This document shows positions 24,701 through 36,540 of a DNA stretch of 64,000 bases, in pieces. Positions within the stretch are counted from its first letter, which is position 1. Each line of letters opens with the position of its first letter. The stretch is taken from NCBI GenBank assembly GCA_051362555.1, contig CM120640.1, positions 56,646,788 to 56,710,787 on the forward strand, in the 5' to 3' direction. The stretch comes from Lingula anatina (lineage: Eukaryota; Animalia; Brachiopoda). The notes below the pieces were generated by a model that was not told where the DNA came from, ran no database searches, and saw only the letters and a program-made list of their open reading frames with translations. A program made the translations under genes and the position numbers.

Positions 24701-27700
24701 CCCCTCCCTCTGTCACCTCTTTCTCTGCCTCTCACTCTATTTATGGAGATTGTCAGCTGCCTGCTGCCTTTCTGCCACGTGCCAGGGCTTTAAGCCTGAG
24801 TCGCTCAGGTAAAATAATGGCACGCTCCAGCAGATTAACTACAATTAAACTCAGTTGTGTTGTGTTGCTGGGTTGTAAACTTGGCCTCATGTAAGCCACT
24901 GACTGGTGTATGACTTGTGCATCTGTTGGCTTTCTGTGTCTGGTTGGCACGCGTGTGTGTAAATGAAATAGTAGGCCAGTCTGCTGTGGGGGTAGCATCA
25001 GATGTTAGAGATAAGATATTTGCATGGGAATTTTGTAATGTCATGAGAGAATATGATTGTTTTTGATAGAAATTATTTGGATTAGATATAAATCAAAAGT
25101 ATGCTGGGGTCAGTTTAGATGGGACAAAAAAAAAAAAAAGAAATTTAGGCATGCATTTCTTTATCCTATAATAGACAAAATGTTGAAATACAGATAGATA
25201 GGGGTATCAGAGATGTGTTCACATGACTAAGGGTCATTTATGTGTTATCTCTAACTATGCTATATTTATGCATCATTATTTCATTCACTTTACTTTATGA
25301 TTAAAGACATTTAGCCAGATGAATAAAGCAATTAACACCTCTCCTCCTTTAATTTGAATGGACTCTTCTCAGGTATGGGCAGTTTAGGTATTTTTGCGAT
25401 TCTCAACATCTCTGAAGATATAAGTGAGGAAGAGAGAAATGTTGACATTTACCAAGTGAAATGTAACAGATAACTAGAGCTGATATTTTTTGCAATTGAT
25501 GAGCACCTTTGCCTCTCTGCTCTGTATGAATCTGTTGGTTAGCCCTTGTAGAATGGCATTTTGTAGGACCCCCAAGTTTGTATTAGTGCATATAAGTGGA
25601 GCTCATTATTTTTGGTTACATATCCAAGTATTTGCATTTATGCAGACAAAACAGATGCCATTTGTTTGAGAAATTTGATAATAAGTTTTTAATGCAAAGA
25701 CAAAACATGCCATTTTCATTACAGCAAGCAGGATGTAACAATTTTGCAAATGTTTTTCAATTTTCTGAACATATTGTTGTCTTAATTATTCAGAAATCCT
25801 TTATGCATTTCAATTTGAAAAGTTCAATTCTTAGAAAAGAATTCTGCTGTCTTTTTTTTTCTTTATGTTTGATTTTTTAGAAAATAATTGGAAATTGATA
25901 TTTTCTTTATCTGCTTTTCTTTCTGAAAAATAAAAAATAATAATAATAAAAGTTGTTTCCTTACTACCTGTACAGGAATTAGTGAACACGATGGGAAGGA
26001 AATTGCCCACTGTCACTGCATAGGTTCATTTATGTGTAAGAAAGTAAAGAAATTAATAAGATGAGAAAATAATAAGTTTTGCCTGCCTCCCTGCTGTTTA
26101 AACAAAATAATATGATTAAGCAGTGTGCCCAAGAAATGAGCAGGGACCAACACAAAAGTCTGGACCATTGAGGTGTGGGGCCTTGCCATATGGTCATCTT
26201 ATCCAACAGCGAATGAGTATGGTGTATTGACTGACACTGAGAGCCAATCAGTGCAGTTTAAAGCACTGTTGAACCAACACCATTGTTTGTGTGCTTTGTT
26301 CCTGAGATTGTTTGATTTAGCAGTTCTGTCGACAACCTTCCAATCTCGGAAGTGATTAGCCTTTGTTAGACTTGATTACACAGGGGGGATTGCAAACTTT
26401 CCTATACTACAGAATGATGAGAATTTATCAGTGTGCTTATGTATTTATTTATATATACATGATACAGATGTTTGACAGACCAGAGGATTTTCATAATCTA
26501 TTTCATTTACAGGTTAATTAGCTATATTCTTAATTCTAAGATATTAATTAAGCCTAACAAAGATGAATTATCAAAAATATTCTGCCTGGCCATATGTTAT
26601 GTGATCACTTTAGGCTTTGTGAAGACTTGTGAAAACACCGAGCTCGTGTTAACAAAGAAATTAAGGTGTATAGAACTTCACATAAGCAAACAGCGGAGCG
26701 TGCCATGTAATGCCATAAAGGTATACATTATGAACAGAGAGCCTAGTTCTTTTATCCCTTTGCTTCTTCACTAGATTGATGCGAAGTCATAAATGCCATT
26801 TAACAAAGCAATAGCCAAAATGTGAAGAGGAATTTTTTTAGCTGTTAATCACATTGAAGAAAATCCAAATGGAGAAAGGAGAATAATGAAAGGAAGTGGC
26901 TTAGAAATAATCAAGTTTAGGGAGTGCATAAAGGCTTAAAATAGATAGAAATAGATTTCAGAATATATTTAGGCCTTTATCATACAATATCTTGCCTTGC
27001 CCAGAACCTTGCCCAGTTGGACTTTACTTTTGAAGTTTGTATAGTATGACATGTGGAGGGAACATAACTGAACATCAAAGTTCCACCACTTGATTACAGC
27101 TGGAGCTAGATTCACTTCATGTGTTTAGTTTAGCATTGTCTTCCGGTAAGCAGATGTTCCAAAGGCTCCCGCCAAAACTGTCCTGATTAATTTGATATGT
27201 AAATCTCTAGTTAAACGTTCATAGGCAGCTGATGATGGAAGGTCTTTTACATACATGAGTTATTTTTGGTCCTAGTAATTTATCTTTTATCCTTTATCAT
27301 ATTAGGTTTTCTTTTGATTGTCATATTGTTCATATCTTAAGGATGAAAGATTAAATTTTGTAAATGAATGCTGTTCTTTGTTTTATATAAGCAGTGGCTA
27401 TCTTAAAATAACAATCAGCTGTTAATAAGTTTTATTATTATTATAATCTGCTACGATTATATCCTAGTGAATATTAGACAGCTGATAAAATAGTCTAGTA
27501 AACTGCTGTTTGTAGCTTTTTTATTTGTTACTTAAAGTTACATATGTCACTAAACTGCCCAAATGCCATCACTTAAGGCCCAGTCACAATGTCGGCGATC
27601 TGTCGGGGATTAGTTTTGGCCGGGGGTCGTCGTAGAAAATAAAGAATCCTTGAACAATCCTAGCAATAATCCTAATAAAAGTGGAGCAGTCACATTGTCT

Positions 27701-30700
27701 GAGATTTTTTCAAGGATTTTGACCCGGTATTGTCGAAAAATCGTGGGATTAGCCTCCGATCGCCTCCGATTGCATCGGAGGCGATCGGAGACGATATCTG
27801 CGAGCGTCTTTTCTTGTATTTTTTTTCCCCCTGGGTATATGTGTATATATCTTGCGACTAGTCTCAGATTATTCAGATGATTAATCGGAGGGCATCGTAG
27901 GTCATCGGAGATTGTGTCTGGGATGCCCAAAATGGGTGAAAAATCTTGCGAGCAATCTTAACATTTTAAGTTCAAAGTTGGGGACCGCGACGGGTGTGGC
28001 GATGTCTAAAAAATCTGCGACAACCCGCAGGTGTCCGGAGAGTGCCTCTGACGGGTACAAAATCGTGAGATCTGTCTAAAGATTTTGTTCAAATTTCCCG
28101 GGTTTTACCCATCCCCGACGCATCGCAACTGATTTGTGACTGGGCCTTTAGTTTCAAATAGTACAACTTAAAGAAATACCAAAAGGTGTTGTCCCATATT
28201 CATAACTATATTTGAACACATCTTTTCTGCTTTCTTGCTGTGCTATATATAACTCTCAGTTTTTCCTTCAAGTCTTATTTAAATATTTCTGTTATTTGCA
28301 CATGCAGCAGTTACATGTCATACATAACTATGTCATTTGGCGCACTTTATGAACCAAAAGAACAGATTAAAAGGTCAAGTTTTAAGACCAGCAATTTGAA
28401 AAAGGTGCATTTTAAAGCTGATTTTTGGTTGATTGAGGGATTAATTTGAGTTGATTACCAAATGCATTCTGAGATGCAAAATCACTGTTGGTGAGAAAGT
28501 TATAAAACAAATTTACAAATTGAAATATCTGCTGTCATCAGATCACATCTCCAACAAATGACAAAAAGATTCTCTTGTACATCAAGATTTGCCTATGACC
28601 ATAGAAAAACTTCCACTGTACAGATTGGATAGGACATGGACAATAAATGGATGAATGAAGAAAAAATGTGAAGCAAAAGTAATGTACTTTTAAGGAAAAT
28701 GCTCAACATGCCATAGAAAGCAAAGAAAACAAAGGGATAAGTTATAATTACAAACTAATATCAATATGCAAAGGAAAAGCAAGTTCATTGTTTTTATCAA
28801 ATGAAAAAAATTACTGGAGAATTTTGTGATAACATAAAAATTGAATATGAAAAAAATCATAAGACAGGGAGAAAATATTGGACAGCCTCTCAGAATGGAC
28901 ATACTTAAAAAGGCCTGTAAAGCTGCTATATACTGAGTTGGCTTGACATAAAAAATGATGGAGAACCACAATGACCTACACCAGTCATCATAGCGCTTGA
29001 TGATATTGTTTTATATATTTATGTTGGTGACTCAAATGAATAGTAATGTTAGGGTTTTTCATTTATTGTATTTATCGAAATCTGATAATGCATGCTTTTT
29101 GTATCAGTGCAACATAATTATTGATAAAAAAAGGTTTTTTAGTAGATTTTATTTGACCAAGTGTAAATTCTACAACCGTGAATATCACAGAATAAATTTT
29201 GAAAATATAAAACATTCCTATTCTTTTCAAATTCTGGTTTTTCTGGACTACAATGAGATACTAGGAGAGTTGGTGCCATCTGTGCTAAAGTTTGGTACTT
29301 AGGCCACCCCATCCCCAGCCGCTAACAATGGCTGCCAGGGATCTTTTTTTCCCACACTGATAATGTTACTTCACCACAGATTATATTCAGTGTAATTCAT
29401 GGCCTAGGATAAAATTCATTGATTTGCTGTAATTGAGTTTGAAAAGGCCTAGTAGTCAGTTGCTGTTCTTCTGATATGCATACAAATGTTGGATATAATT
29501 AATGACTCCGTTTCACCTGGTCTTGGATAAAGAACAATGTGTGATGTGGTGGGAATAGTAAGCTTTTTGAATAATCTACTGAAAATGATTAATAATCATG
29601 AGAAAAATTAAGCCTGAGGATCTTGTATTTCCCAGAATCTAACATCTGATTTTTTTATTTTTATACTGTGCTTGTTCTCTGAGGAAATATTTCCTGTATA
29701 AAAGTGTCCATTTCATTCAAAAACTTGCTTCTCAGTATATTATCCATTTGTAATTTTTTGTAATTTGCTTTGAGATTGGACATTAAAGTTATTTGGTAAG
29801 AGTAGTTCATACACAGAGTAGTAAAAAGAAGCAGCTAGATGTTATGTTTTCATTCTAATACGTTTTGCAGTATTTAGTTAGATAATTGAAAATGCCATCA
29901 AAAATAAAACTTGTTATTGATTTTTTTTAAATTTATTTTTATTTTAAAGCTGAGAATATTTTTCCATCCTTGATGAGAGCAGCATAAAACATTATCTTAA
30001 AAGCAGTTCTTTTGGTACTTAGTTGAGAAAATTTGCACTTCAAAATTGAAAACACCATCTGCAGCCTGAAATTCTACCAGCCAGCTGCATTGCACTACTT
30101 TTATAGGCAGCTGTTCTTTTTATGAGGCAGTATTCATAAGTATTATGATAGTAAATATCGGACTACCATAATTTTATCACTAAAGTGTACCCACTATAAT
30201 TATTAAATTGTGGTAAGCTATAGTTTTTTATGAAAATACACATTTGGATGTGTCATCTTTGGGTTCCAATTTTAAGATTATCCGGAGAGGTACAGTGTGT
30301 AACCTGACCCTCACAACTGTGCTACTACATGGATTATGTTGTTGTATGATAATCAGGTTTCACTGTTCAGTTTTCATTACTCCAAGTCAGTTGAAATTCT
30401 GCATTAGTTTTTTAAAATCTTTACTAGAATTCTCAATTATTGAATATGTAAAGAAACAATAAAATTGAAGATTTACAACTAGTATTGATTGAGGGGTGTT
30501 ATTATTAGCATTTTTATTTTAGAAAAATAATTACAAGAAATAAACAAGAAAAATCCAGTTTGTTTCAGTCCTTTGTACTTTTGTAAGGTTTAATTTTAAC
30601 ATTATAATGTTTTTCTTTGTCATGTGAAATTGACCAGATTAATAGAAAAATCATAGACACATGCCACAAAGAAAATAATAAGCGCAGTTGTCATGGGCAG

Positions 30701-32328
30701 TTAATCACAGTTGATGGCAAGGCAGAAACTGAACATGTTTAAGTGGTCAATTATGTTAAATCATCCATAAAAATGCTATCATCTGTGATATGTCATAATG
30801 AACACGTTGTTTGCCCAGGGAGATAGTCCCAATGGTTTAACCTGCCAATCATTAGAGCTGTGTGCACCTGCCAGGTCTCACAAGATGAATGGGAACACTG
30901 ATTAATGCATCAAGTGGCTGCCCCCTAATTTTCCCACTGGATTCAAAATTGCTTAGTTTGTTGTAAATGAAAAAAAACTCTTTTTTTAAGTAAAATATTT
31001 ATATTTCACAATGAATTTTAATAAAATTAAATAATTGTGTACTAGTGACAGTGCTCCAAAATCCATGTGTGTGAAGAAAAAAAGTAAACAATGTTGCTTT
31101 AAAAATTATTATCCTGTACAAAAAATAAGATTACAGATTTTTACTTTCTGGTGGATAGAAAAGGAGGTGCCCTTTGATATCTAAGCAAATAACTGTTGAT
31201 TTTGCACTTTACCTATGATTTTGCCCCATAGGGATTTGGAACACAAATATTATTTTTGCTTTAATATTTTGTTCTTCTCTCTTTTAGTTGTGATACCCAT
31301 AAAATACTAGATGTTGCCTTCTACAATCAAGAAAAACTGTCTGTACTACTGCTAGAGGACCAGCTGGATGGGTTGCCTGTGTTGGCACAAGTTTCAATTT
31401 CCAACATAGAAGATGACCAGTTTAATCTGGTGCCAAGTGGACAAGAGGATTGTTTAACACAGAGAGATATGTAAATGGAATTCCTGAGCCCTTGGTAGCC
31501 AAAAAAACATCCAGTCATTTTCAGTTGTGTCCATTTTTTCATTAATTGCATTCAATGAAAAGTATGTTATTTTCACACAATTTCTCAAATGATTTGAAAA
31601 AAATATGGATGTTATGAGAAATTACTTATTTGCATAGAAATAGGTGATAGCTAATACACCTTACTTTTGTTTTTTAGTCCATTCACCATGTCTGCAGTTT
31701 TGAAAACAAAACACTCATTACAAAATATTTTAATTAATTTCTTTGGCAGTGTTAGGTAAAATGACAATAGCTACAAAAGTTTTAGCACATTGAATTGTTT
31801 CTCTATCAGACATTGTATTGATGCTGGACCCCCCATGGAGCCTATGTACTACAGAAGACTGGAGAACATGAAGGCATACTCTTTTGCTGTTAGTGGCACC
31901 AGACATGTTGCCTGTGTGGTAAGTTTATACATCCTGGATAGCATAATTATTTACCAAAGGCAGTGCACATTCATTAACTTTGGATAAAAAATTAAAATAC
32001 GAGATTTTATTGAAATTGTAGGCATTTCCTTTTTTTATTGTCTTAAAAACAAGATGTATACATCTGTTGCAGATCCTCGATAAATTACACCTTTTTAACT
32101 ATTGTAACAATCATCAGATCAAAAGAGGGTCATTATCTTCATAATATTTTTTAGTTATTTTCCTCACGTCGACGTGTCCGCCTGTTTTTGATGGATGCTG
32201 AAGATGATGAAGACGAGGATGATACAGAGCTGAGCATTCAAAGCACACAGGACATAAGTACTATTAGCAGAGACACTACGGAGGAAGATGACAAAGAAAA
32301 TACTGACACATCTGGAATGGACGGTTGA
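8628..32328 (+). CDS. ANAPC4: Anaphase-promoting complex subunit 4, 26 predicted coding exons
   Basis: Exons: 8628-8744, 9023-9122, 9613-9811, 10038-10064, 10452-10496, 10832-10937, 11263-11373, 11676-11759, 11975-12070, 12718-12779, 12967-13009, 14563-14639, 14786-14938, 15057-15112, 15373-15419, 15620-15676, 15959-16009, 16484-16571, 16753-16850, 17174-17235, 17399-17446, 17657-17758, 17938-18024, 31288-31470, 31810-31918, 32155-32328. All are GT-AG and in phase. APC4 motifs: WSPKMDLLA, LLHRLSWQRVW, MSEAWEDILLEMDSKL, LTEKGLKKLGHSIE, MKNFKAFFRWLY, AVSGTRHVACVLFSSRRRVRLFLMD. Confidence 0.95.
13128..14064 (-). mobile_element. Internally deleted BEL/Pao LTR retrotransposon relic (integrase core fragment)
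   Basis: The - strand encodes ...YGCIFTCMATRAVHLE...FISRRG...IFSDIGTNF...WHFNPPSASHAGGVWE, typical of BEL/Pao integrase. A ~55-bp direct repeat (atagcacgcaagggctatacagataaatt...) at 13136 and 13967 is a likely LTR remnant. Boundaries are approximate and no clear TSD was found. Confidence 0.85.
16091..16427. mobile_element. TTAA-flanked MITE (Kolobok/piggyBac-like), copy 1
   Basis: TIRs agggataataactcttca ... tgaagagtcattatcact, with TTAA on both sides. Homologous to 43528-43836 and ~55508-55845. Confidence 0.8.
18700..18738. repeat. (GA)n microsatellite
   Basis: gagaga... run. Confidence 0.95.
19057..19314. mobile_element. Almost fully palindromic MITE (PIF/Harbinger-like), copy 1
   Basis: ggcttcattcacatg...catgtgaatgaagcc with TAA TSD. 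The arms pair almost to the centre (gccagttacttatagtaacttatagtaactggc). A near-identical inverted copy is at 42231-42487. Confidence 0.9.
19814..24554 (-). CDS. Nested antisense gene: secreted Tae4/Dae4-like (type VI amidase effector family) protein, 236 aa, with Cys-to-Ser at the catalytic position
   Basis: Exon 1, 24492-24554: MGWKLTWIVPFWSVFIAMANS, signal-peptide-like, donor GTAAGT. Exon 2, 23705-24218: 514 nt stop-free, LQLPKFEDLKAHYPGY...HNTSSLRLSYTLN..G...GKDNHRYIFR...FLAAKYESP...LMGKQGIV...ADGHMALWD...VELWQTP, donor GTAAGA. Exon 3, 19814-19947: DSHCPVKKQTHKKHPR...KHHFKHRAHSRQ*. Phases 0 and 1 match. Motif order matches Tae4 as recalled: NxCxxRxSYxLN, YIYR, GKKGII, GHVTLW. Confidence 0.82.
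22031..22198. mobile_element. Small MITE with CAGGGGCGGAT termini
   Basis: caggggcggat...atccgcccctg, flanked by the direct repeat GTATT. Contains internal repeats of ggaagacggtca. Confidence 0.8.
24737..24745 (-). promoter_or_regulatory. TATA-like box upstream of the nested Tae4-like gene
   Basis: CATAAATAG on the - strand, ~185 bp upstream of the ATG at 24554, followed by purine-rich 5'UTR-like sequence. Confidence 0.35.
27576..28147. mobile_element. Non-autonomous PIF/Harbinger-like DNA transposon
   Basis: TIRs aggcccagtcacaa ... ttgtgactgggcct with TTA TSD. The interior is CpG-rich, unlike the flanks. Confidence 0.85.
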
Positions 32329-32462
32329 CATCATTACTATATATATAAATATATATATATATATCAGTATTCAGAGCACACAAGTCATCAGTACTGTGGA
32401 CTGAGATGCTATGGAAATGAAATGACAAGAAAAATGCTGACACATCTGGAATGAAGGGATGA
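32234..32462 (+). repeat. Diverged duplication of the last ~95 coding bp of ANAPC4 into its 3'UTR
   Basis: 32234-32328 (gcattcaaagcacacagg...gaaaatactgacacatctggaatg) matches 32367-32462 (gtattcagagcacacaag...aaaatgctgacacatctggaatg). A TA-rich spacer separates them. Confidence 0.8.
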
Positions 32463-32713
32463 TACTGGGTTATGACAGCTGGTTAGATATTGCGTCATTC
32501 AGTCATTCTTATGACTAATTTGCAGTGGCATTTATTTTTTTCTTTTTGAATCAATTTGAATTGATATCAACATCTTGATGGAACTTGGGACTTTTCTCAA
32601 TACTTTTACATCTTTACTGCTGTTATTTGGATGTCAAGTATATAATTTGTCAGGCAAGAATGAAGCAAGTATTGAGAAGGCAGCAGACATGTTTAAAAAT
32701 TATTAACTAAAAC

Positions 32714-32736
32714 AATAAATGCACAAAATATTTATT
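32714..32736. terminator. Opposed polyadenylation signals of the convergent ANAPC4 and beta-lactamase-like genes
   Basis: AATAAA on + at 32714-32719 and AATAAA on - at 32736-32731. Another - strand signal is at 32536-32531. Confidence 0.5.
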
Positions 32737-32831
32737 CCATGTAAGTTGTGAAAGTTCTCTATTGGAAATATAATTTTCAAACGTTTTACAACAGAGAAAA
32801 GTTCCTGAGCGAGAAGACAAGAAGATATTGG

Positions 32832-35800
32832 CTAAGAAAATTCATATATAGTCAATGTTAACAAGTAAAAGATGATTGTAAAACTGGAGTTGCAACTGGC
32901 CTTGGAGGTAGAAAAAGACTTTTTAAATTCTTTGATGTAGATCTGATACTCTGCAGCAAGTGTATCAGATGGAGTTTGTCCCTCTACATGTTTAACAAAT
33001 ATAGGTGGGTTTTCCCAATCAAACAAAGGGATAGCCACTCCTAAAACTTTACCATTAAATTTTCTTATAAATTCTAAATATGATAAATGTCTGTACACAG
33101 GTTCCACTCCATATATGGTCTTTAAAACTCCTGTTGGTTCCATAAGAAACCTATCAACAATTTCACTTGGGCGAATATATGAAGATACATTGTCATAAGT
33201 TAATCGAAGTAATGTTTTCTCAGGGGTGTATGAGATGTTAATAATTCCCAATCCTGAATGAACATAAACTCCTGTGAAAGGTTTGCTTTGTTCAAACAAC
33301 AGTTGGCTGCTTTGTAGGCTTTGTCGTTTCCACTCATGCTGTTGGAGACTTGATTGCTTCTGTTGAGATCGCAACACAATGCACGCTTCACGCTCATTAA
33401 TCTGTTTAGGAAATCCCAGCACAGCGTCTGCCAGCAGGCTATGTAATAACTTGTGTGCCACTTCGCTCACACCACTCCCAGCAGGTCCATTGCTATTGGT
33501 GAAAATACCTAATTTGTATTGAGGCAGGATGGTTAATTTTGATGTGTAGCCAAAAAGGTCTCCTGAGTGTGTCAATACGGGATCGCCTGCGAGGAAAAAT
33601 GTGTTAGATGTGAACTTTCACTATTACTTCGTATTATTTTGCAATGACAAAACAGTTGTTGTTTTTCTTACTCTGTTCTTAAGTTAACGTTTATACTTTT
33701 AATACATAGTGACAAAACGAATTGGCTTTTCGAGCTTTTGAATAGGGTGTAAATTACTTGTTTATTTATAGTCTTTGCTTAGTGTACCAATTATGCTCAT
33801 AAAGTAGACGTCGCACGACAACTAACCTCTATAATTTCCCGTTCCCCAGCCAAGTCCGTAACCGTCTTCCACCATTTGTGTGAATTTATCGTTTTGCCTC
33901 ACTTTCGACATCAGTTGCTGACTTATCTGCTGCGTGTGTGTATCTTGCAGCAATTCGGAGTTAATCAGCTGATGGCCATCAAGGCTTTTGCCTGCACTGA
34001 CGTGAAATTTCAGCCATTTTACCATGTCGGCTGCTGTAGAGCATATAGAGTCGGCACCATCAAGGCTAAATTTTCTAAAACGAAGAAGTTATATTAAACT
34101 TATACAAACTTCCACCGATGTTTAACGTTATTCTGCAGTAATTCGCGAATTTTAATTCAAAACAAGAATTAGCCTAGGTACGTGTTTGAAAATGTCCCTA
34201 AGTCGTATTTTTATGTCAAGTAGGTGCTATAAGGCCACTTATTTATTTACCACTTTATACCTTAAAACTATCAAATCCTTAAATCCTAATCAACATTTCC
34301 TTCTGAACTGCGACTAATGGGTCGAGCAATGATTCGTGAGAGAAAATTCGTTAGAAAAATTTTTTTTCTCGAGGAAAATTAGATTTGGTGTGAAAATACT
34401 GCATAGAATGCGTTTGATCTTAATTCTTTTTTTAAACATTCTTCGTAGCGTTGTTTCGTGTTCGTGTTAACTCTGCAAAAAATAAGCCAATGAATTGTAG
34501 GCCTACTATAATAAATATAACAATGAATTGACACATTTCAATGAATCAGTGCCCTATCCTGAACCATTAAAGCTACCCTTTTTAACACAGCAAGTACAAA
34601 TAATTATAATTAGCTATTTATTTACCTATGTAGAAGTGGGTCCACATTTGCCACTGTTTCTGTCGTCCTAATCAAAGCATGTACAAATCTTACTGAATTT
34701 GTATGAAGCTTACTGGTGAAGGTCGTTGACGACATTTTAAGTGGATCAAAGATACGCTGCTGCAAAAGTTCTTCCCAAGGTTTCCCTCCAAGTTTCTCAG
34801 AGACGCGAGCTGCTAAGAAGTACATCCAGTTGTTGTAAATAAACCTATGCCGCAGCGGCGCAGAGGGGTGGAGGAATTTTAAACGCCTGAAGTAGACCAT
34901 GATTTGTTACACAATAAAATTATTCATTGAAAAAGTACACAATCTTAACAATAGCATGAGAAAATTTGAGACTATAATAAATTTATCCAGAAAATGGCTT
35001 GGGTGAAAAAAAAACTGGTGCAGTTGATGAGCAAGTTATGTCCTGTCTTATCATTTCGCCAATCTCATGAAATTCTCATGGAACAGAGGCGACGCTAAAG
35101 TAGACCTCTGAGGCTGACATCGATATTTCTTCCTAACATCCTTTTCAACTCAATTTTTATTGTTGATTTGCGTAGTACGTTAGTGGATACATGATCTATT
35201 TGCATTTCATACGACTGCCACACACTCGTTTTGTAATGTGCCACACTTTACTTGATTTATGCCACGTTACGTGGATATTGTCACTTTTACAGTTTTCACG
35301 ACCCACTTCAATATCTATAAGACATAAAATTGGGATGTTAATATAGATAGAGCACACTGGTTTTAAATAGAAATACTTTAAACTAACTTGTAAAATTCTT
35401 TCCTAAAAGATGTAGAGAAACGGGCAAGGTCAAAGCGTGGTAAACCCATGCGGTGTGCGAGTAGGTCACGAAGTGACGCAGTCTCTGAGCTGTTGACGTC
35501 CTCTAAAGAAAAGTCGTGACCGAGGATGGCTCGAATAGGAGTGTCCCATGTAACGCTGAAGACAAAAATAGATGAAAATAAAATAAACATGGTATCCTAA
35601 TGGTCACTCTGCATTTGTTCTAAATTTTTTATCAGAAACAGCAATTTAAACAATGGACAAAATTTTGTCCATTATTAAACAGACCTGCTGTTATAACAAC
35701 TTATATTGTATTTTCATTCGCTACCACTGCAAATAAACGGTAAGATCTTTTTTTAGAAGCCGTGCAATACAGCAAAATTAATAGAATTTGGCAAAATTTC

Positions 35801-36540
35801 TTTCTTTTTTTTTTTTTTTTTTTTTTTTTTTTGTGATTTATAACGTCTTTTAAGGAAAATAGGTCAGGTCATTGTCAGTTTATACAAAATGACTGTACCG
35901 GAGTTTTGTATTATATAAATGGCATAAGTTTGCTATAAATCGTTGGTAAATCAGGAAACACCTGGAATCGATATCTTTTGAAGTAAATGTAAAGGGAAAC
36001 CGAAGGGAACGTAATTTGTGCATTCAGGAACAATACAGGTGATCGATACTTGTATTTGATAGTTGGAAGTTGGCACATAACGGCGCTAAAAGACCGCTGC
36101 ATTCGCAAACTATTAAATAATCTACATGTAACACCACCTACTGCATGTCTCCTCTTTCATTTTTTTTTTTTTTCAAAGTACAAAGCAGTTACTCACTTTT
36201 TAGCGTTATCTCCCAACAAGCTTGCGATAAGAGTTGACGTAAATGCTTTAGTCAGAGATGCGATGCAAAACACAGACTCTTCGTTCACAAACGTCTGCCG
36301 TTTCTCATCACTATACCCAAGTCCTTTTAAGAATACTGTCGTGTTTCCTTTTACGACGGCAATGCTAAGTCCGGGTATATCTCCGCATTTCATAAGTCGC
36401 CGTACTCTTTCTTCCAAGATAGATGTAAATCGTGTTACGTTTTTCTCTGAAAACCATTTCTGACAATCCACTGCCCTAGTAATGAAACATGAAATACATA
36501 AAACCCAAGAGAAAATGAACTGTGCTTTGAATTGTTTCAT
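32832..36540 (-). CDS. Secreted beta-lactamase/penicillin-binding-protein-fold serine hydrolase (class C/R61-like), 5 exons, possibly GPI-anchored
   Basis: Exons 36197-36540, 35388-35555, 34626-34886, 33827-34074, 32832-33586, in phase. Signal peptide MKQFKAQFIFSWVLCISCFITRAVDC. Motifs: IPGLSIAVV, FCIASLTKAF (SxxK), LRDLLAHRMGL, FIYNNWMY (YxN), IFDPLKM, YGLGW, THSGDLFGY. Small residues followed by a hydrophobic C-terminus. Confidence 0.92.

Noticed and set aside
24753-25044. Minus-strand ORFs upstream of the nested gene
   Set aside because: No splice linkage or homology. They lie upstream of the TATA-like box.
27610-27930. 106-aa and 76-aa ORFs
   Set aside because: Inside a non-autonomous TIR element, with no transposase motifs.
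18025-31287. Search for miRNA clusters, tRNAs or a Tai4-like immunity gene in the large intron
   Set aside because: None recognised by eye. This cannot be excluded without Infernal or HMM searches.
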